In this document: positions 59,877-64,000 of the stretch, one piece after another
How positions within the stretch are numbered: the first letter of the stretch is position 1
Layout of the letters: every line of letters begins with the position of its first letter
DNA from: Branchiostoma floridae
Lineage: Eukaryota
Direction: 5' to 3'
Length of the DNA stretch: 64,000 bases
Assembly: GCF_015852565.1 (NCBI RefSeq)
Contig: NC_136191.1
Location: 11,976,578 to 12,040,577 of the forward strand
The notes under the pieces: model-generated
What the model was told of the DNA's origin: nothing
The model's input: the letters and a program-made list of their open reading frames with translations, nothing else
Databases searched by the model: none
Translations under genes and position numbers: made by a program

Positions 59877-60995
59877 TAAGTTTTCGCCTGTTTTTCACCA
59901 CAAAGGAGCACTTAAACCGATGTATCTCAATGAATGTTGTACATAAGGGTCTATTGTTCAAAATATATTAGTGTTAGAAATTGCTGTATGTTAATGGTAC
60001 GAAAAATTCTACTTGCTGTGAACCGCGGCATGTGAACCACGCGAGTTCCTTGTAATGTACATGACGTACATGCTGATGTTGAAGGGAGGGGGGCAACAGG
60101 AGCCAGTCAAAATAAGACACGTCATGTTACAACAAAACTAGCGAACACGTCTATATCCCCCGTTTTATTACGTGAAATTGTTTACTTACCTTAATGGAAA
60201 GTTGAAAATCACCAACACAAAAATATTTCACATCCATTCATGTTCCAAAATAGCTTATGATGAGGAAATTTTCCTCACTTACTTAGATTTGTATCTAAGC
60301 TATACAGAACACATGCAACACATCCACAACCAACCGTCAACATCATTACTTATCTACCTATTCAAGCACATGTACATCATACTGTACATAAATTTTAAGC
60401 TAAGGATAGCGCAAAATATTTGGGCCTTATAGAAATTGAATTGTTTTCAGAAAAATTCACAATATGTTGTTACAACATTACTAGTATCACAAGGAGTTTA
60501 AATCTTCCAGATTACTGTGACTCATGATATTGGTTGTGTTTTCATGCATAATATTGCAATGTACATTATTATAATGACCAATCATAGTAGTTGCCTTGTT
60601 GTATCCCAGCCAACTTTGCAGTTTTAGATTCAGAATACTGTAAAAGTGAGTCATATTAACAAAAAAAAAGTAACAAGGATGACAAAATACAAATGAAAAA
60701 TTGAAAGACAAATATTACCAAATGGGGTCAACCATTGGTAATGACTGTATTGATGGAAGCAATCTAATATGAAGAAGACTACATATACCATCATTTTTTC
60801 ATCAATACATTTTTCTTGTCAAACTGTACCTTCATGGCCTTTCCCATGGTTGTTCGCCTTTTGAAGACAAATACTGAGAGAATCTTGTGGCCTGTTCTTG
60901 CAGATGGTTGGCTGATCTCGGCTGGAAATTGCAAGGTGATCAATCCTGGAATTTACATTTACCTGGTGGACTGGTTTTGACAAAGCTTCCCAGCC

Positions 60996-62519
60996 ATGGC
61001 TTCTGGCAAGATGCCTGTGGACACCGCCCGCCTTCCCAGGATTGAAATGCTCCTGTACTTAATGGGATTCTGTGGTCCAGCTTTCTATTCCATCTATGTG
61101 GTCTATCGCTTATCAAAGGAGATGGAGAGCACCCTCTTTGAGGATCTAGAGTTGGACCATTCAAGTTTCCTGCCATTTCTGGGAAGAAAGAAGGACATAG
61201 CAGACTTTGAGTGGGTGTTCTGGCAGACACACTTCAGGGAAGGGCTCGTGTTTTGTTTTATCGGCCATGTCTTGGTCAGTAGACTCATGTCAATGTTTGT
61301 TTCAAAATACAGAAGAGAAGTCTACTTAGCCTACAGTTTCTTGTGCTTATACTTTGTGCTTGGATGGAAGCCCCTTGGTGTGCTTCTTGCCCATTGTATG
61401 GTGTTTTATGCTGCAGCATTATTGCGGTCAGTGCTCCTGTGCTGGGGCGTTGGAATATTCATTGTGGCCACGCTCAACTCTAGCCTTTTCAAAGTCCTCA
61501 AGTTCACATTATCAGGGGAGGACGAGAGCACATACTATCTACTACTTTTCACAGCAGCTATGTCAATTCTCCGACAGCTTAGCTTCAGCCTGGAAGTTTG
61601 CAAACTTCGCAAGGACCAAAAGGCATATTCCCTGATCGACTTCCTCTCGTATAACTTCTACATTCCGCTGTTCTTCAATGGCCCTGTGATCACGTACAAC
61701 ACGTTCCATGAGTACACTAGACACCCCATCCCATTGGACAAGACGCGCCTGGGACACATCGTGTGGAGTATGTGCCGTGTAGCAATATGGGCTGTCATTA
61801 CGGAGGCTGCATATCATCTGCTGTACTTTTGTGAACTTGAGCAACAAATCTCCATCTTGGAAAACCTCCCTCTGATGGAAGTGACCGGGATAGGATACCT
61901 TCACGTGCAATTCTTCCACGTCAAGTACATGGTTCTGTATGGATTTTCATCAACCATTGCTATGTTGGATGGAATGGAACCCCCGATGTTCCCGCGATGT
62001 GTCAGCGCTCTGTACAGCTTCACTGCGATGTGGAGGTACTTTGACAATGGCCTGCACACCTTCCTGGTAAGGTATATCTACATCCCGCTGGGCGGATCTC
62101 ACAAGGGCACCGTACGTCAGCTACTGGCATCGGCGGCATGTTTTGGGATGGTGTGCTACTGGCACGGGGGACAGTACTACCTTATCACATGGGCACTTCT
62201 CAACTGGGCAGGCATCGTAGTGGAATCTATCGGCGCCATTGTTGCAAAGACGGCAATGGTACAACATTACACAAGTCAGCTGTCATCACCCAACCAGAGG
62301 AGGTTGAAAGCACTGTGTAATGCACCCATCCTTGCCTTCCTCATCCTGTTCAACTTGGTCTTCCTGGGTGGAACCAGTGCCGGCTACGTGTACTTTGATA
62401 AGTTTTTCATTTCAGGCTTCCCCTTCACCACAGCAAAACTCCTGGCTTCCATGTACTGTTCAGTTCAACTGACTCTAACCTTTGAAAAAGTGCTGTATAG
62501 CAAGAGGAAGATTAAATAA
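60996..62519 (+). CDS. HHAT-like: Intronless MBOAT-family protein-cysteine N-palmitoyltransferase, HHAT/HHATL-like (hedgehog acyltransferase), 507 aa
   Basis: Kozak agccATGGct. The whole multi-pass membrane protein sits in one ORF. The MBOAT core WRYFDNGLHTFLVRYIYIPLGGSHKG...YWHGGQYYLITWALLNWAGIVVE aligns to human HHAT WRYFDVGLHNFLIRYVYIPVGGSQHG...YWHGGYDYLWCWAALNWLGVTVE (recalled), with the invariant His and Asp present. Confidence 0.85.
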   Translation: MASGKMPVDTARLPRIEMLLYLMGFCGPAFYSIYVVYRLSKEMESTLFEDLELDHSSFLPFLGRKKDIADFEWVFWQTHFREGLVFCFIGHVLVSRLMSMFVSKYRREVYLAYSFLCLYFVLGWKPLGVLLAHCMVFYAAALLRSVLLCWGVGIFIVATLNSSLFKVLKFTLSGEDESTYYLLLFTAAMSILRQLSFSLEVCKLRKDQKAYSLIDFLSYNFYIPLFFNGPVITYNTFHEYTRHPIPLDKTRLGHIVWSMCRVAIWAVITEAAYHLLYFCELEQQISILENLPLMEVTGIGYLHVQFFHVKYMVLYGFSSTIAMLDGMEPPMFPRCVSALYSFTAMWRYFDNGLHTFLVRYIYIPLGGSHKGTVRQLLASAACFGMVCYWHGGQYYLITWALLNWAGIVVESIGAIVAKTAMVQHYTSQLSSPNQRRLKALCNAPILAFLILFNLVFLGGTSAGYVYFDKFFISGFPFTTAKLLASMYCSVQLTLTFEKVLYSKRKIK

Positions 62520-63526
62520 CTTATTTGTGTTGTGCAAAAGTGATGTCTTAGGCCCTAGGGTTAGAAAGATTAAATAGTAGTATTTGTGACTTGTAAAAGT
62601 GATGTCACAGGGTTGCAATTGCAGACAGGAATATCCTGTTTTGCCATGTAAAATGAGAACTATATTCCAGACTGCCTTGTCAGGACTATCAATATTGTAG
62701 AAAGAAAATGAATCTAGCTTCTTTTGATATAGATATAGTTTACTTCTTTCTTGTTTGTTCAGTACTTCAACTTTTGAGTTTATTGGGCTTTTTTGTGCTA
62801 ATGAGTTTCTGAAAACAAGTTTGATCATGATACATGTACATGTGTTCGATGACATGCATTGCAAAGCAATGCAGTGTAGACAGTTCCATACTTCCAACAG
62901 CCCTATGTAATTATTGATCTACCAACACTTCTGTTGTACTGCAGCAATAACACATACAATACATGTTGTCATCTTACAGGTGTCATCTTAAAAGAAGCCA
63001 AAAGTTAGTCTAGAAACCAGGAATCATGTTTACATTTGTAAGAATTCTACTGCAGTAACACAATCAAAGATCTTGTCTTTTTCATACTTAAGATGCTGAT
63101 CAGTATGTGGTAATAGACTGTTAGCAATATGTTTCCATATCTTATTTGCCATTGTCATACATTATATATTATAGCCAAGAAATAAGTACCTTTGCCTTAC
63201 AATTAACTTGATGGGAGAATTTAAGTACAGATCTAGCTCCCAGTAAATGGAGTACTATCTAATTATATAAAAATAGCTAAGATTGCCAATGTAATGACAG
63301 TGATACATGTGCCAATTTGTACCAGTTTTTGTGAGGGTTTCATTGTTCATTGTCACTCAATTCTTGGTGAAGGGGCCAAAATACCATAAGTTGGTCACAG
63401 CTGTATAGTGCTAGAATCTAATTGTACATGAGCAAGTTATTGCATATTTCATTTACATTTCTTAATTGCTATACGACCAATCAAAGCCTAGTGTTTGGCA
63501 AGATTTATCTCGGAGGTATGGTTAAC

Positions 63527-64000
63527 CAGGGCTCGAAATACCACATGCATATGCAAGTTTGTGCATGTAAAATTGGTGTGGTGCAAGTAAGTTTGGACCA
63601 AACTTGCACCAGTGCAAGTTACTTTTATCCACCAATACCTGACTTTAGAAAAAGCTTACACACACCAAGAATATTGTCTGCCATTGAAAGGTAAAAGAAA
63701 ACAACACTGAATAAAAAAATAGCCTAAATTTGTTATTTCTAAACTTGGTTAGACATCCAGGTAAACAAAATTTGAAGACAATTCCATCACTATAATGCTA
63801 ATAATTCCTATGGTGTTGTCTTACCTTGATTTGCATATGAGTAAATACATTTTGCATACAATTTAGTGACTTTGATATGATCAACTGGATTTTCCAGTTA
63901 TATGTGTTTGTATTGAGTTGTTCTAGCGATGGTTAAGAATAGTGATGGAAGTCACTCGAAGAGTCCAGAAGAAATCTATTGATCTTATCAAGTTGTAGAC
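63527..64000. mobile_element. MITE family A copy 3 (5' part, truncated by the window end); ~99% identical to 55010-55483; left TSD candidate TTAAC
   Basis: cagggctcgaaataccacatgcatatgcaagtttgtgcatg... is identical to copy 2 except for a few substitutions. Confidence 0.8.

Noticed and set aside
1-64000. Prokaryotic-style features (operons, RBS, CRISPR arrays, rho-independent terminators, rRNA/tRNA genes)
   Set aside because: None are seen. Intron-exon structure, microsatellites, MITEs and polyA signals show that this is eukaryotic nuclear DNA.

Overview
This window is eukaryotic (metazoan) nuclear DNA, not prokaryotic. It contains spliced genes with GT-AG introns, Kozak-type starts, AATAAA signals, MITEs and microsatellites. 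There are no rRNA or tRNA genes, CRISPR arrays or operons. The taxon cannot be assigned from sequence alone; the gene content and MITE density fit an invertebrate (an amphioxus-like deuterostome is only a guess). Seven protein-coding genes can be reconstructed from translation, splice-site and reading-frame logic:
1. A 4-exon group III secreted phospholipase A2 (bee-venom/PLA2G3-like; + strand, 8927-21552). It has a signal peptide, a ~180-aa prodomain ending in a furin-type RTKR site, the YPGTKWCGAG calcium loop, a CCREHDHC catalytic His-Asp, and a poly-Asn/Asp basic C-terminal tail.
2. A 9-exon phospholipid scramblase (PLSCR-like; + strand, 25005-28162), 3.4 kb downstream of the PLA2 on the same strand.
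3. An intronless 610-aa BTB-BACK-Kelch protein (+ strand, 33642-35474).
4. An RSRC2-like SR-rich coiled-coil protein with a C-terminal SMAP domain (- strand, 45489-38080, 9 exons). It sits head-to-head with gene 5.
5. A 3-exon MRPL50 (mitochondrial ribosomal protein L50; + strand, 46448-47399).
6. A multi-exon coiled-coil gene on the - strand (about 54019-49119). It has an S/P/Y-rich N-terminus carrying an LPSY motif, ~300 aa of heptad coiled coil, an SP-rich segment, and a possible -TEV C-terminus.
7. An intronless MBOAT-family hedgehog acyltransferase-like gene (HHAT/HHATL; + strand, 60996-62519).
Repeats: a MITE family with 15-bp TIR CAGGGCTCGAAATAC and 5-bp TSDs (3 copies, two ~99% identical); a Tourist/Harbinger-like 878-bp MITE with ~33-bp TIRs and TAA TSD; a ~150-bp tandem array (x4) at 31.5-32.1 kb; a ~160-bp tandem array (x4) at 7.6-8.2 kb; a 22-bp x4 minisatellite in a scramblase intron; several microsatellites. 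Exon coordinates were anchored to the supplied ORF track where possible; exons without an anchor are good to about +/-2 nt. The ORF track uses alternative start codons (TTG/GTG/CTG), so many of its M residues are not ATG.
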